Counted from the stretch's first letter, positions 40,596 through 54,705 are shown. The stretch: DNA of 64,000 nucleotides from Sphyrna mokarran (GCA_024679065.1 JAGIQG010000012.1:54560001-54624000), one strand, 5' to 3'. Made by a program: numbers and translations. Notes: a model not told the origin generated them from the letters alone.

Positions 40596-42857
40596 TTAAA
40601 TACATTAGTGCCTTAATGAAAATGCATTTTGTTTATTGTCCTCTGGAGAGGAGGGTCATCACACAGAGTGCATAAATTGCTAGTGCAGACAAGGCAGGTT
40701 GGCAGTGAGTGTAATTGTAACCTTGATACTACATGTTAGCAGTACTCAGGGTCCATCACATTCCCCTAGAAACATATGCAACTCCCTGTAATTAGCACCG
40801 CATCCACCTGGGACAGCAGCTCTGATGAAATATTTCAGAGTTAATCACACTTTGTAAACACTGATTTATATTGACTACCCTTCTCTGAGCCGATGCTTCC
40901 TCATTAAGTAACAGATTAGTGGAACACTAAGAGACTAAATACTGAAAACTCCTCATTCAATGCAAAATCTTGTGTAAAACAACAGATCTGGGAAAGAAAT
41001 CTATTCACATATACATCCCATTCACACAACTGCTTCACAGAAAACATTACAATACAACTTGTATGCAGCAGATGCAAATTATGCAATCTCTTCTACGGAA
41101 AAGGAAACTTAATTTTCAAAATATCTGACTGTTTACATACACAAGGAATGAATAACATTCTTCAAAATGTATTTTTATCTTAGAACAGGGAAGATCTAGC
41201 AGAAAACTGACATATGGTCCAGAAGTTTTATCTTTATTTTTCCTTTTGGAATAAAATGCTCTCTTCCTCTTTCATTTATATTTGCCTAATTGAGGATATT
41301 AAAAATTAGAAAAACCTACTGGGGTCCATTTACGGAAACAGTTATGGCTAGATGCAATCTGTAACTTGCTGTAAAAATGTCTTGATCGTCACATAAATGA
41401 GAATAGCGATTGGTCTGCATAATGTAGCATATGGGACAATGATTGTGCATCTAAGAGGCCAGTATTGCTGAGCACAGTAGCCACTGATGCATTATGAGAT
41501 AGGAACTACACGGCAACAAACAAAATTACTGACCAAATACTGATTCCATTATAACCTAATTACTTGCAGATACTCTGAGAAATTAAATGGTGATGCACTA
41601 CCACAAATGCAGTAATCTAATGGATTTAGGTATTACTGGAGAGTAGGAGTTTAGTTGCAATCGTTTTATGTTATGTTGTGTATCATGCTTCTACACGCAC
41701 TGCAAGGCCTCAGTGAAACTCCAAGGAAACTCCTGTCCGCTTTGGTGTAACCATGAGATCAGATAGGGAAATCGTACTGCAGAAATCACAATAATCATAT
41801 AACTTGGCTGCAACTGAACAAATATTCTACACATGATGCAAACTATACAAAAACAATTCAAAACTGTGGGCCTGGTCTATTGTAGCTCATATGAATGCCT
41901 TGCGCAAAATCATACAAATGAAGGCATAAACTGAGCAGGTAATTACTGCTAATAGTGACACTTACCTGTGCAAAAGATGGTTCAAAAAGTATTATTTCAA
42001 AAATTATCTTCAAGTTTCAATCTCCCCATCACCTTCATTAATTACTATATGCGTCATTAACTAGTCATTAATTACTGTACACACCATTAACTGCTCATTT
42101 TCATCTTGGATAATAGAAAAAAATGCCTAAGTTTCACCACAAAAGGAAGATATTTACATTATAATTTCAATATTTATTCACCTGAAATGAGTGTTAGACA
42201 TTTGAGTTAACAGAAACCTGAGCATTTAAATGAAAGGAGAAATATCTGTGCTTTTTCAGAATTACCAGGAGTTGGTCAAATTCTTGTTGTAACCTAGATA
42301 ACTGCTTTATCTACAAACAGTGGTTAAAGAATATTGCCACACAGAAAATCCAGTCAACATCTGTCTTTAAAAACATTTTTCCTCTAAATATGGGGAGGTA
42401 GTGACTGAATAAAGCATTTGTTTGAATATTTAAGTTATTTTTCTTTCTTTATGAATCCAACTGAAAATAATCAGCTGGCTCCGACTAAAATTAGTGGAAA
42501 TGATTAAAGTTAGTAATAGAACAATGAAAATTCTTGGCATTCCTCAGGAAATATCTAGTTTGACACTGTTTTCTGTGCACAGTTGCTGGCCTCTCTATAT
42601 CATCTGCGGAATGTCTTTTAAACTAGGTTTGTTCTTCAAATAACTTAGTGATCAATCTGTTATTTTGCCCACTGATAACTACATCTAATTTGGAGTCATC
42701 AGTTAGCCAATTAGAAACTTAATAAAGTAAAGTTCTTCCATTGGTATTGAAACTAAGAATGGGGCCCTTACCTACTGTGTGTACCAAAAGCGTACTTTTT
42801 TACCTCAATGACAAATAACTTGCAAGAATATTTGGCAGAATAGTAACGAGGTATTAC

Positions 42858-43270
42858 CTTGTATAGTACGCTTGAAGAATGCTTTGCAGGCCTCACAGGA
42901 AGCAACACCGTAATGATATCCTGATGCTATGTCACCGCAGACCAAACACAATCTTTTGGGCATGGAGTTCAACATGTACTCGCACTTGGTCTGCGAGTCT
43001 TCAGCTATAGTGCTCGAACAGTCGTCGTACCGCTTACGGGAGCTCCCGTTGCTGCCCAAGCTGGTCGTTGTATAGAGTGGGGGAGAGTCCAGGCCATTCT
43101 GGTGTCCATTCATAGTGGAGCTGTAGCTCCCACTGGCGTCCGATGAGCCACCTGGACTGTGGTGATTGATACTATCTGTCAGCGAGGCAGGGCTGGACGG
43201 CTCTGTCTTAATGTATGATGAGCAGCTCGAATCAATGTGTCGATCCTTGGCTGACATTCTGCAGAGAAGC
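42858..43270 (-). CDS. ESRRG: ESRRG coding exon (equivalent of human coding exon 2): A/B region and first zinc finger, [16 protein letters not shown]...[30 protein letters not shown](G)
   Basis: ORF 42805-43257 closely matches the ERR-gamma N-terminus and has the ERR-type P-box CEACKA. Acceptor TTTTCACAG|G at 43271/43270, donor CAAG|GTAAT at 42858/42857; 413 nt. The internal ATG at 43255-43257 corresponds to the short-isoform start. Confidence 0.97.
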
Positions 43271-46200
43271 CTGTGAAAAGCATTGAATTAAAAACAACAT
43301 TCTTTAGGGGCTTTCTGATAGGCAAGGGACCAGGCATCATTCATTCGTTAGTCAATACAAGTTGTTCTACACGAACATAATCAGCATAAGGGCATGACAG
43401 AGGTTTATCAAAGCGGGAGACAGGTGGTAAACAAAACTTAAAAGTGGGGGTGGGGGGGGGGGGGAAGAAGAGGAAGCGAGGGAAAAGGAAAGAAATTGTC
43501 CTCAAAACCATTCCTATCCTCCAGAATAATTTCCCTCCTTCAAATTCAGCCTCGCAAACGTATTCTAACAGTCGTTGCACAACAGTTACAAATAGGTACT
43601 ATCAGAATATAATTTGGTCAAGCCCTCCTGCTAAAAAGATTTTAGAAATACCAGATACATTGGGCAAAATAGGCACAACTAGGCTTGAAGCAATCATTGT
43701 GGTGAATACTTTGAGATTTAAATGCGAGTTGTCTCAAAAATGCTAATAGGAAACTTGTAACAAAAAAAGTACAATGACAAAAATCCCTGAAGATTGATTT
43801 AATAATTTTTCAATTGACACAAATTAACCCCCATTTGAAAAACACAACCAAATCTCTCAGTGCAGGGTGACATCAAATTTTGCATTGACAGCACAGAATG
43901 GAATGAAGTCAATTCTTCACCCACAAAAGGATAAGATCATAACCTCCCAAATAGCTTTTTTTCTGACAGAAAAGGTTTTCTTTGTTAAATATAGTTTTTA
44001 GAATTCCATTGCTCTTGCTGCTAATGTGAATTTTAGTGCCTCTAATTTTAAATTCAACTGCAGACCAGAATAAAAATCAGCATCTGACAACTGAATTTAT
44101 AGATAGTTGTGCATGTTCCAATCCCACATTAATAGTGCCATGGAATTTCAAGGGGAGAGAGGGAGAGTGCACTAATAATTTCCGACTGAAGTCTGTGAAC
44201 ATAATGTATTGGAGAGCAGTAATTACAATGTAATAAGTGGAAGAGTAAGTACTCTAAATTAGAGGAATTCACAGAGCTGTTGTAAGTCAACGCACATTCA
44301 GCTCTCTCTAATGTTGACTTGGGAAAAATTTAATCCCCACTCTTTGCCCCGAGTGGTAGTCAAGGGATGGGAGAGATATCAATTAATTACTGCTCTCATT
44401 AACAGCACTGGCTGCAAGGAAAATTTGTTGCAGGCAAGGTCCTTGACTCATGCAGTCTGGCAAAGAATGTCCCTCCGATACCACACCGGAGCTGGACAGA
44501 AAGAGCCGCTTGACAATTTAACACCTTTTCACACGAGCAAAGGGAAATCTACAACACACTATTTATTAAGTTGAAAAAGATGACTGATAACCAATTGAAG
44601 ACAAATTCAAAAACAACCTTACGATCCTCGAATTAAATGAATGATCAAATGCAATTAACTAATTGCAAGGTATATGACAGGACACGTTCTAATCAAAAAT
44701 GATTAGTGTATTTCCAGGCTTACTGTTAGTTAACTGCATTCTGTTAAGTAATAGAAGGGTATGAATATTGGTGTGACCATTATTTTCTTAGTTTTGCCCC
44801 GTGTGTGCATACTTACTTTACCTACGGATAACAGACCTATTCTATCTCCAATTACACAAAATATATTTCCACAAGATTTCAAACTAAATATTTTGGAAAA
44901 AAAATACAGAGACAATGACAAGATTAAAAATTAAGGATTAAAAAAATCTTAAATGCCTTGTTGGTTACCCCTATATTCCGTTGATGTAGAAGTAACACTC
45001 TACCAACACTTGAAACTTTCCAGATTTTCCATTATGTTTACTAACAACTAGACAATTTTAACATATATACTGCATTGCAGGTTCTGTATGAGTTATCAGT
45101 TTTGGAGCAATATAAACAAAGTTGGTGACTACAACAGTTTATAAATGAACCTTAAGTTTGGAGGTTTGCCTACAAACTCAGCTAACACTGCATTTTCTCT
45201 TTTGACATGGTAGGTCATTAACGGAAGTGATGGCCAGTGCTAGAACTTGAATGTTCTTGCCTCAGTTGAGTGAGCTTGGTTGCTTCTTTGTTGGGCCACA
45301 CAGAAAAGAAAATGGCATCACCCAGCTCATCGCACTTCAGTGATCTCCTCTGGTCATGCGGAATCCTACAACACGGACCATGATACCTTACAAAGCAGCA
45401 ATTCATCCATAATGAAGCAGACAAATGAAAGAAAAAAAATCTTCCCAATTTTCCTTGCATCTGATCCAACTAATGCCAAGTCAAAGTAGTCATCAAAACA
45501 TGGCCGCTCTGCTTGTCAAACCGATCCCCTCTTTAAATGAGACATCAAGCCATTAAATTTTTTACAACCATGATAACATTTTTAAGCTTACAAATCAAAA
45601 ATGCCTGCGCATAAACAATGGCTGGCAAACCATGTGGCACACAACACATATTAAGACAGCATTTTCAAACTGATCAATATAATTTCCATGGTGAAAATTA
45701 GCATGGCTGCCTTCACTTTTGATTTTCCAACACGTCAACAAAACTGTAAGCACTACTTTGCAATTCGAAATTTCCTGCCTGCAAACCACAAACCCGAGAC
45801 AATAATACAGCTTTTTAAAAATGTATCCTCTTAGCTGATCCTCTCTGAACGCATGATAGTAAATTAGCTTTCACTCAATACTGCTATTTTTAAAAAATAT
45901 TATTAAAAATTTAGTCTTAGCGTAGAGTATTTTCAAAATTGTGATGTTTACAATAGATTTGGGAAAGACTGCTTTTCCTCTGAGAATCACCAGACTTTGA
46001 GCTTGTAGCGATGTGCAACTAGAAAGTTATTTTATCTGAACTGAATGTTATTTGAAGACATTCTTATGAATCAATTTCCTTTTTCCACCTCATTTTTTTT
46101 TGCTCTGAAAAGATTTTGCAAACTGAGGGAGCAACCTTCTCTGAATTTAGATTAGTGGTTCTGAAAGTAATCACTGTAATTCTTTTGTGCTCCAGCAAAA

Positions 46201-47448
46201 GAATCCAGCTACAATGTTAACGTTTCTGCTTTGAAGAGCACACTGTAATTCACTTTTCTGCTTGAACTAATTGTACTCTCTACACAAGGTGCCAAAATAT
46301 GGATCAGTCAATAGGAAAATGGCACCAAACGGCATTCAACTCGGACGGGGGGGTGGGGGGTAAAAGCACATCTAGATGATACAGTGTGTCAGGAATCAAC
46401 ACTGTAATGTATGATTTGGGAAAACATGACCATTTCAGTGTGACAAGGTGTCATTATGGAATCTAAATGATACAATGGCTTGTCAACTGTCGGAGCAAAC
46501 ATATCATCATTGCATTAAGGCATAGTGGTGAGGAGAGAACACTTTATACTGGCAACAACAGCATTTTGTAGCTGTATTGGAGATTTCTATAGGTTAGGAT
46601 TAAAATCCAGGGCATAGGTGAAATGGGAAACAAAGTGGAGTGTGCTGTTCTAGAAATGTACTGACTTTTCTTTTAAATTGTGTATATAATTTTAAAAAAA
46701 TACAGTGAATTTTGGTCAGAAAATAAAATATTCTATTAATAAACATCATTGCGAGGGTGCAGGTGGTCTGTTGGAATTCAGGGAGTTAAAAGTGGCAAAG
46801 TGCAGATATTACAATAAGAGTTAAGAAGAAAACTAGGAGCTTCACACTGCAACCACTCATCAGACTTTGACATAATGTCACGTAGTCCTCTTAATAGCAT
46901 ACTGCAGTCCTTTACTCTCCTGGCAAGAAAGTGGCTATTGAAATACAACAATAAAGCAAACTACATATGTTATAATGGAGCTGAACACATTGTCTGAAAG
47001 AGATAAATTAAAAAGGGTCGAGTGCAGACAGAAAGAATCTTGCATAAAAGGACAAGGCAAAAATTCTCCAATCTATGCTGAGTGGAGAATCTGTACTTTG
47101 AGAATGGATGTAATTTTGTAACAACTCTTCCTTCAATCTATGTTTTCCAGTTTAATTTTTGTCTTACCAAGTGTTGTTAAAAGTTGAATATAGTCTTTAC
47201 ATTCATTTATGCATATATTTTTGTCCTAATGTTAGTCCTCAACACCATTTGTTGTCAAACCATGCAACATATTCAAAAAACAAATGCTTAAAATGTATTT
47301 TGAAGTTGGATCCTAACTCTTTTCATGATACTAATATGACTTCTGATTAAACAGTCCAGAGAGACAAACAAATATCACTCATCTTAACGTGTGAAGAGTT
47401 TGCAATACAACAGCACTAACTTTAATTTAGCAAATTAAAAATAACAAG

Positions 47449-48623
47449 ATTTCATCATGCACTCGCAGAGCTGGAGAGCAAATAGAGAGTCTTTGAGCAA
47501 TTATTTTCTGCACACAATTCCTTCTACAAAAGAATTTGGAAAAACTAGATAGGGAGGTTGGATTTATTTTATCTGGGCCATTCTCTTAAGGCTTAGAATC
47601 TGAAACCAGTTTCACCAGCAGAAGAAATTTTATTTTCATCTGATTGACAAAGAAGAATAATAATTATTGTTGTATGAAAGTGGTGAATTAATGCACAGGG
47701 AAAGTGAAATTTACAGAGCTGGATTTTCCAGCCATGCTTGCCTGAAAACCGGAAAATTCTGGTCAACAGAACTTTGTCGCCCTGCTATGGTTTTCCCTGA
47801 CACGCAGAATGGGAAAACTCATAAGAACAAATGCAACCAACTTGATCTGATGATAGCTGTTGTAAAATCCCCATTGTTTATCAAATGTTTATGTAGCTTG
47901 GCAGATTGTGTCCTTTTCCCTGCTCCCTAACTATTCCTCCTATTCAATTTTTGTTGCACCTCAATTATGGAACGTCCTGGTGTTGATGGAAAGATATTAA
48001 GTGGTCGACCTGTGGAGCTCACAAGCCTTTATCTCGTGTAACTGCCAGTTTACAGAGGACAGTCACGTTCAATTATCTAAACTCGAAGTGTCACCATTTT
48101 TATAGGGAGCAACTTCATTTTGCTTCTTCTTTAAGCAAAAACAGTGGTGAGCAAGTCAAGACTCCACTGCATATGTTTTAGAAAAAAAGTCAGAATTTCT
48201 ATTCGGAAACATTATGGGGAGAATTTTCACATCGTGCTCATCATGGGAACTGTAGTGGGAGAAGGGAGATAATGCAAAGTTCCACTGGCCTTGGATAGGA
48301 TTTTCCGGTTTTCGGGTGAGTGTGGCCGGAAAATCCCGCTCTGTGCGTTCAATTTCCCTGTGCATTAATTCTCCACTTTATTTCCTTTCAGCCAGCAATA
48401 ATTACTATTCTTCTTTGTAAATCAGACAAAAATAGAATTTCGCCTGCTGGTGAAACTGGTTTCAGAATCTCAGCCTTGAGTAGAGAGAGAAGGGGCCGGA
48501 TAAAATAAATCCAACCTCCCTATCTAGTTTTTCCAAATTGTTTCGTAGAAGGAATTGTGTGCAGGAAATAATTGTTCAAAGGCTTCCTATTTGCTCTCCA
48601 GCTCTGCGAGCACATGATGAAAT
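47449..48623. repeat. Long inverted repeat: arms about 47449-47825 and 48210-48623, spacer about 390 bp
   Basis: Arms align throughout by eye, including a perfect 41-bp reverse-complement match between 47533-47573 and 48499-48539. The inner ends of both arms are MITE-family copies. Confidence 0.93.
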
Positions 48624-49384
48624 GTGAATAAAAAGAAGCTTTCAACAATACCAGTTACTAATGGAGTTGCTCCATATGCCTGCACTCTCATAGGCTTGTG
48701 ACTGCAGCTCATCAGTGCCAGCAATGGTTGAAAAGCAGCAACCTACTCTCCAGATTTACTACAATCACTTGCGCCAGTGCAAAGCCAAGGCAGCTTGGTT
48801 ACTTTGCATCTTTCCCGGTTTTGGCACACTTCCCTGGTCGTGTAGTGTAACAGTAGTTGAACAGAATAGAGGAGCGGGGGGCCTGGTCTATCAGGAAGGA
48901 ACATGCTTGAGTCTTAACAGTGTCGAAGTTATAATGAGGGAAGGAAGACTCAGGAAGATAAGGCATTAAACACAAAGAGAAGAAGAGATAACTTTTACGA
49001 GAAGGCAGACTGCAAGAGCAATGCTCAACAGTAGCATTTTCAAAGAAGATCACGCCATGACACAAGGCTTATTTAGGAACATAGCCATTAATCTTCAAAT
49101 CGATGTCAGCAAAAAGACAGGAAAATATACCTTTACATTGGTAATGATACTTTAACCTCTGCTATTTGTCTCTCGCACTAAAAGCTGTAAAAACAGGCTT
49201 GAAATTTATTTAAAGGGATACACTAATAAAAGTGAGTGTCCCTTATATCCAGTTGTCCTCATTAAACAGAGATTGCAGGCAATCAATTGATGTCTGCGAA
49301 AATGGCCCCTAATAAAAAAGCATTTTCCCACAAAATACATTTCCACTCAGCTAAAAATATAAACTGGGCCCCACTGTTAACTGG

Positions 49385-49922
49385 GGGTGGCACGGTGGCA
49401 TAGTGGTTAGTAAGTTTTTTTTTACACAGGTGGTGGGTGCCTGGAACTCACTGCTGGGGGAAGTAGGAGAAGGATATAAGATAGTGACTTTAAAGGGGTA
49501 TCTGGACAAATACATAAATAGGTTGGGAATGGAGGGATATGGTTCCCGGAGGACTGGGGGTTTTAGTTCAGTTGGGCAGCATGGTCAGTGCAGGCTTGGT
49601 TGGCCGAAGGGCCTCTTGCTGTGTTGTAATTTTTTTGTTCTATACTACCTCACAGCGCTGGCGACCCAGGTTCAATTCCCAGCTCGGGTCACTGTCGGCA
49701 TGGAGTTTGCACATTCACTCTGTGTCTGAATGGCTTTCCTCCGGGTGGTCCGATTTCCTTTCACAATCCGAAAGATGGGCAGGTTAGGTGCATTGGTCAC
49801 GCCGGATTCTCCCTCAGCATATCCGAATAGGCACTGGAGCACAGCGACGAGGGGATTTTATAGTAACTTCATTGCAGTGTGAATGCAAGCATATTTGTGA
49901 CTAATAAATAAATAAACTAAAA
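49385..49922 (+). mobile_element. V-SINE (alternative tail) with a CR1 3' fragment (about 49413-49641) inserted in its tRNA-like head
   Basis: gtggcatagtggttag | CR1 end (ttttacacaggtggtgggtgcctggaac...ggccgaagggcc...ttgttct) | ctacctcacag...ggttcaattccc, then V-domain and tail gtaacttcattgcagtg...aataaataaataaac. Confidence 0.9.
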
Positions 49923-52900
49923 CTTTTTTCACCAATTTCCAAACAAAAAAGTTTTTTTTTCCCTAAAATGGACTTCAATTGTGCTGCAGATTTCAATAAA
50001 CACGTGCAAGACTTGCTGCGTGGTCTTGTTGGAGAGTTTCATTCACACTTCCACTTACCTCAGAAATAAAATGCACAGGACGTCTTTCACTGTCATATTC
50101 CTGCAGTCTGCGAGAAAAAACGCCAGGCTCTACACCTGTTCAGTTTTTGTGCTAAGCATAGAGTGGCATTTCATCACAATCACTGTTTAACTGAATGTTT
50201 AGCCTTAGCATCTTGCACCATGCTGTCAGCTAGCAGCGGGGAGTCATGGAGTTGTTGGCACATTTGATTTTACTGCCATTAAGAAAGCGACTTTATACAC
50301 TGATTGTCCCAGGGCCCGTTTCAGAGACTCCACGGTAACCACCTTCGCTTTTTTTTATGATGACACTGTGACAAGGTGATTTTATACACTTGGATTCAGT
50401 AATAAAGATGTCAGTCAGACTAAGAACCATCAGGGCTCCTAATGAATTCATCTGGGGGTGGGGGGTTGGGGGGGGGAGTTGCGGGGAGCTGCTGGGGTCT
50501 TCTCACACATGTACATTTAAAGGGTCACAGAGAAATGGAACTAAAGTGTAATTAAAGCGTATTTCATTAGGAGGGGAAGCTGATAGGATATAACAAGACT
50601 GTAAAAAAAAAAGCCTATTTCCTGTGGCTTGAGTATGAAAGACATGTCTTTAACCAGATCAGATTCTATAAATTGGTTGTCAAGAAAGGATTGTTGAGAT
50701 TTATACCCATCTATCAACCTACAGAGGTAGCTGTGGCAGGGCAGGCTGCTGCGACTCCCATCTGTAAAGCATCTTAAATCTGAAGAAGGCCATCTGCTAG
50801 AACAAATGCCTCAAAAGCAAATTTGAGTTATTGTTTATTGACTTAAAAAAATTGCAGTGCTCAAATGCTAACTCAGTGAGTAGTTTTGAGACAATTTCTA
50901 AATAAAGCTGTTTAAATTCTACCGCAAAAGATCTGAAATCTCATTCCTATAAGTGGCAGGACCATTGCATTACTTGCAACATGAATCAGCTCAGCTCTGA
51001 GTAATTCATAACATATTTCATTGTGAGCCAGGATGAAAATACATAAGGCACACACACATATACATAAAATACAATGTGTGCTGCCTTTATCACAAGTCCA
51101 GATTTCGTATAATTTTGCTAATTGACCCACTCAGTTGGCATTGATGCTTTAACTTCCTTCCTTATATAATTGACAAAGCACAGGGAGGAATGGCTTCCTC
51201 CCTGCACCACAGGCAATACTGGAATTTTTTACACATTTGATTCACAAATAAAATGCGCTCATTTAACGAACAAGGGTCTTTGCTTGCAGAATTCATTTGG
51301 TAGTTACAAAAATAAGTAACAATGCACTCTCCACACAGCACATGGGCGATAAATGTTAAAATGCAAGCGTTACAAAAGTAGAAAATAACCTGAGAAAATG
51401 GCTCAAAATATGAATCATCCAAGATGGCTAGGAACTCAGCACCATGAGCAGCATTTCTGATGAAGCTCAAGTATGTATGTGCTAGTTTACATGCTGCAAT
51501 TCAGTTCAGTGTATCACTAAGAAAATAAAGTGGGCCCCATTGTTAACTGGGGCATAGAAACAATGGGCAGCATCTTGGTTTTTGGTACAAAATTAGAATT
51601 AACTTAGTTTTTGCAGCTGTATGCGATGGCTTCCTCTTTCCAATTAAATCCCATCAAGTTTTGTCATTGCAAAATATCGCTGCTACTGTACTTAGTTTCG
51701 TGAAGAATCTTGCCATCTAATTCAGTCCAGAAGATTTACCCCAATATATAATCAAGTGGCCCCTGCTGAAAGTGCAAATTATTAATGGAGGAGTGAGGGG
51801 TATTCGAATCCCCACCACTATGCTGTCAAATATTGGTCAAGATGAAGCATGCATACTCAATAGCTATCTGAAATACGGACCAACAATGAAAACAATTGTT
51901 CTCATAATCTTTCTTCCTTCTGGACAACAGAAAAAGGGCACTTCCAATAGTTTTATACAGAGTTTACGTTTAGGCATTTCATTTCACACATAAATAATTG
52001 AATAAGTGTTACAGGTTGACTATTCGATGAAAGGAAGAGAAAAACAGGTTCAGCTTCAATTGCTGTGAACAGCCCTTTAATTTGAAATTACAGCAGGATT
52101 TTATGGGATGGCAGTGGTTCCATCCACTGGCTGGGAAGTCAGGGGGTGGGTGGGGTATTGCAGCTTCCACTAATCCCAGAATAGTGGAATTAATTGCCTG
52201 CAGTCGGGGCTTCCGCTGCTCTTGGGGATGAGGCCCCACCCCTAAGAGCTGCCTACCAATCGAATATTTGACAGTTCTTCAGGCCCAGCACTACAGCAGC
52301 AGACCCAGACCAGCTGCTATGGTGATGGTCCTGGAGTACAAGCAAGTTTGGGAAACTCTCAGGTCTGATCAGGCAAGCCCTGGTGAAATGTCTAAACGTA
52401 AACTCTGTATAAAACTATTGGAAGTGGACCACACGGATGGAACCTCGGCCATTTTGTATTGGTACGAAAGCTACTCTCTTATTCACCCACAGACACCACA
52501 CAAACACACACATTTAAGAAGTAGCTTCATTCATGGGGTGTTGTGTTTTGTGGGGGGGAGGGGGGGTAAGGGACAGGGTGCTGTAGATCTTTCAACGTGA
52601 ATAAACATTATAAACATTGCCACGGTGAGTGGCGGGAGGAGTTGTTGGTTTGGGGATCTTCAGTAGGCCACAGGATGCCCCATCAGAATAGTCCAATCTC
52701 TGAGCATGCAAGGAGGCTGCCAAGATCTTCCCAACTGCTCATGTCCCCATCTGCCTGCTGCTGGTATAAACTAGTGAAAGGTGGGGGGGGAAGGATCCAC
52801 TGGTTGGTCCTTAAGTGACCACTTATGAGCTTCAGTTAATCCAAGGACAGGTAGGCTTCCTCACCACCGATAAAATGCCAAATTGGGAAGGAGAAAGGCT

Positions 52901-53143
52901 CATCAGTCCTGATATTCCACCTTATTTAATACCTCCACTATCCAGCCACACTGTCTCACAGGTTACTCCTGACCAATGGTTTTGTACTCCTTGGAAGATT
53001 CTGGATGTTAGACTGAACTGATGTTTCATTGCATTGAAATATTAACTGTGAATGGCGTTCTGGAGTTTCACGCAAATGGAAATAAAGATGGATAAGATTG
53101 CGCATGCAGATTTCCAATTATCTAAACAATGAAAAAAGCACCC

Positions 53144-54511
53144 AGGCCTGAATTTTACCAAGGAGAGAGAGCCTCTCCTTCATTGCGAAAGCAATAGAAC
53201 AAGCCAAAATCACGATGTCCTACCACCAAACACGACACTTACTATAACCGCAGGGGTGGGAATGGGCCCAGACCAGGATTGCACATCTGCATTTTGTGGA
53301 AGCAGTTGGCCATATAAAACAGCAATTGTTTGCAGTCACATTTGATTTTTGTTGGCCAAGAGTGGGAAACATGACATGTGCAGATTAAACCTGGTAAAAG
53401 TAGGTCTAAACTTTGTGCAGTTGGTGTGTCCTTTTGGGAAGGTAGTCTACCCCTTTGGATATGGCCCCATGACATTGTTGGGGGAGGTAAAGTGTCCTTT
53501 CAAAAATATCCTTTAGGGTTGTTAAAAGTGTGCAAAAGTACAAAAACCCTATTGCAACTATCAAGAGATTTGTCAAGAGGAACAGGCAAGAAGAACTGTC
53601 AAAAGCAACTCAAAGAATATCAAGGCTTTTAAAATTCCTGCCCTTTAAATCTTTGAAAAAGCAGTACAGACAGTTAAAATAATGTTGATTGTTATTTCAC
53701 TCTGTCCATTGACATAAGCCTAAGGACTTTCATTACAAGATGTGCCGCATGACCAATTTCATAACCTTCCATTGTCATGTGGGATGCTTCCCATTTCAGT
53801 TTTATTGACAGCTCCAAGTGCCTCCAGACTCAGGGACTTTGAATGCCAATGATTTGTTTTTATATAAGGGACTAAGCATTTTAATGAAATGTTTGTTCTT
53901 AATAAGATTTGTAAATTTTAGTGAATGGATTAAACAGGTGAGAATTCCTTAATAGAAAGTCTGAAATCGACACTTGGAACTTTATCTTGTTTAATACCAA
54001 CACGGTTTTTGAGGTTTGCCATGATGGATACTGGATGAGTTGGCATGGTAGGTGTAACAGCAAGGGGAACATGGGTTGGCACTAAGTTAGCACTAACTTG
54101 ACATGGGGTGATAAAGGCCATAGGAGTGGTGAGAGGGCCTTATGTTTACATGGAGAGTATGAGGGGTTATGAGGGGTGGGTGGAGATGAGAGGAGTTGGC
54201 ATGGATGGAGAATATGTAGTGGCCAGGGTGGCTTAAGGGACGTGGAAAGTCAGGATTGAGTGCTGCTTATTGTTTAAACACGTCTTGAAAAATCTTTGAC
54301 GAAGTGCCAGTGCGCTGAGGCAGGCTTTCCATGTAGTTCACCTCTGTATCTGATGGCCTCTGCACTTGTTCCAGGATCACTCGTTCTGACAGATCCTACA
54401 ACCCCAAAACAAACATTCCAACTTCCACGGAACTTTCTCCTGGGTTAGGTTTGCAGAGCCGAGAAATGCCCTAACTCTGCCTTCCCAATCCAAGAACAAA
54501 AATTCATGCCT
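53144..54511. mobile_element. Old non-autonomous DNA transposon (Harbinger-like termini)
   Basis: Inverted ends AGGCCTGAATTTT / AAAATTCATGCCT (12/13 match); no coding remnant recognised. Confidence 0.5.
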
Positions 54512-54656
54512 CACTTCCACTTTTACAAGAGGTGTACTTGTACTTTGTATAAGTTTGATTGGAAATCCAATGGAACAATTTATATGTCCTAACACAAACA
54601 AAGCTGTATTGTGTTCCAGTTCACAATGTGATCACTATTACTACATTATTTATTAC

Positions 54657-54705
54657 TTCACAGTAACTTCATTACAATGTTAATGTGACTAATAAATAAT
54701 AAACT
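54657..54705 (+). mobile_element. Isolated copy of the alternative SINE tail
   Basis: ttcacagtaacttcattacaatgttaatgtgactaataaataataaact matches 29865-29930 and 49860-49920. Confidence 0.7.
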
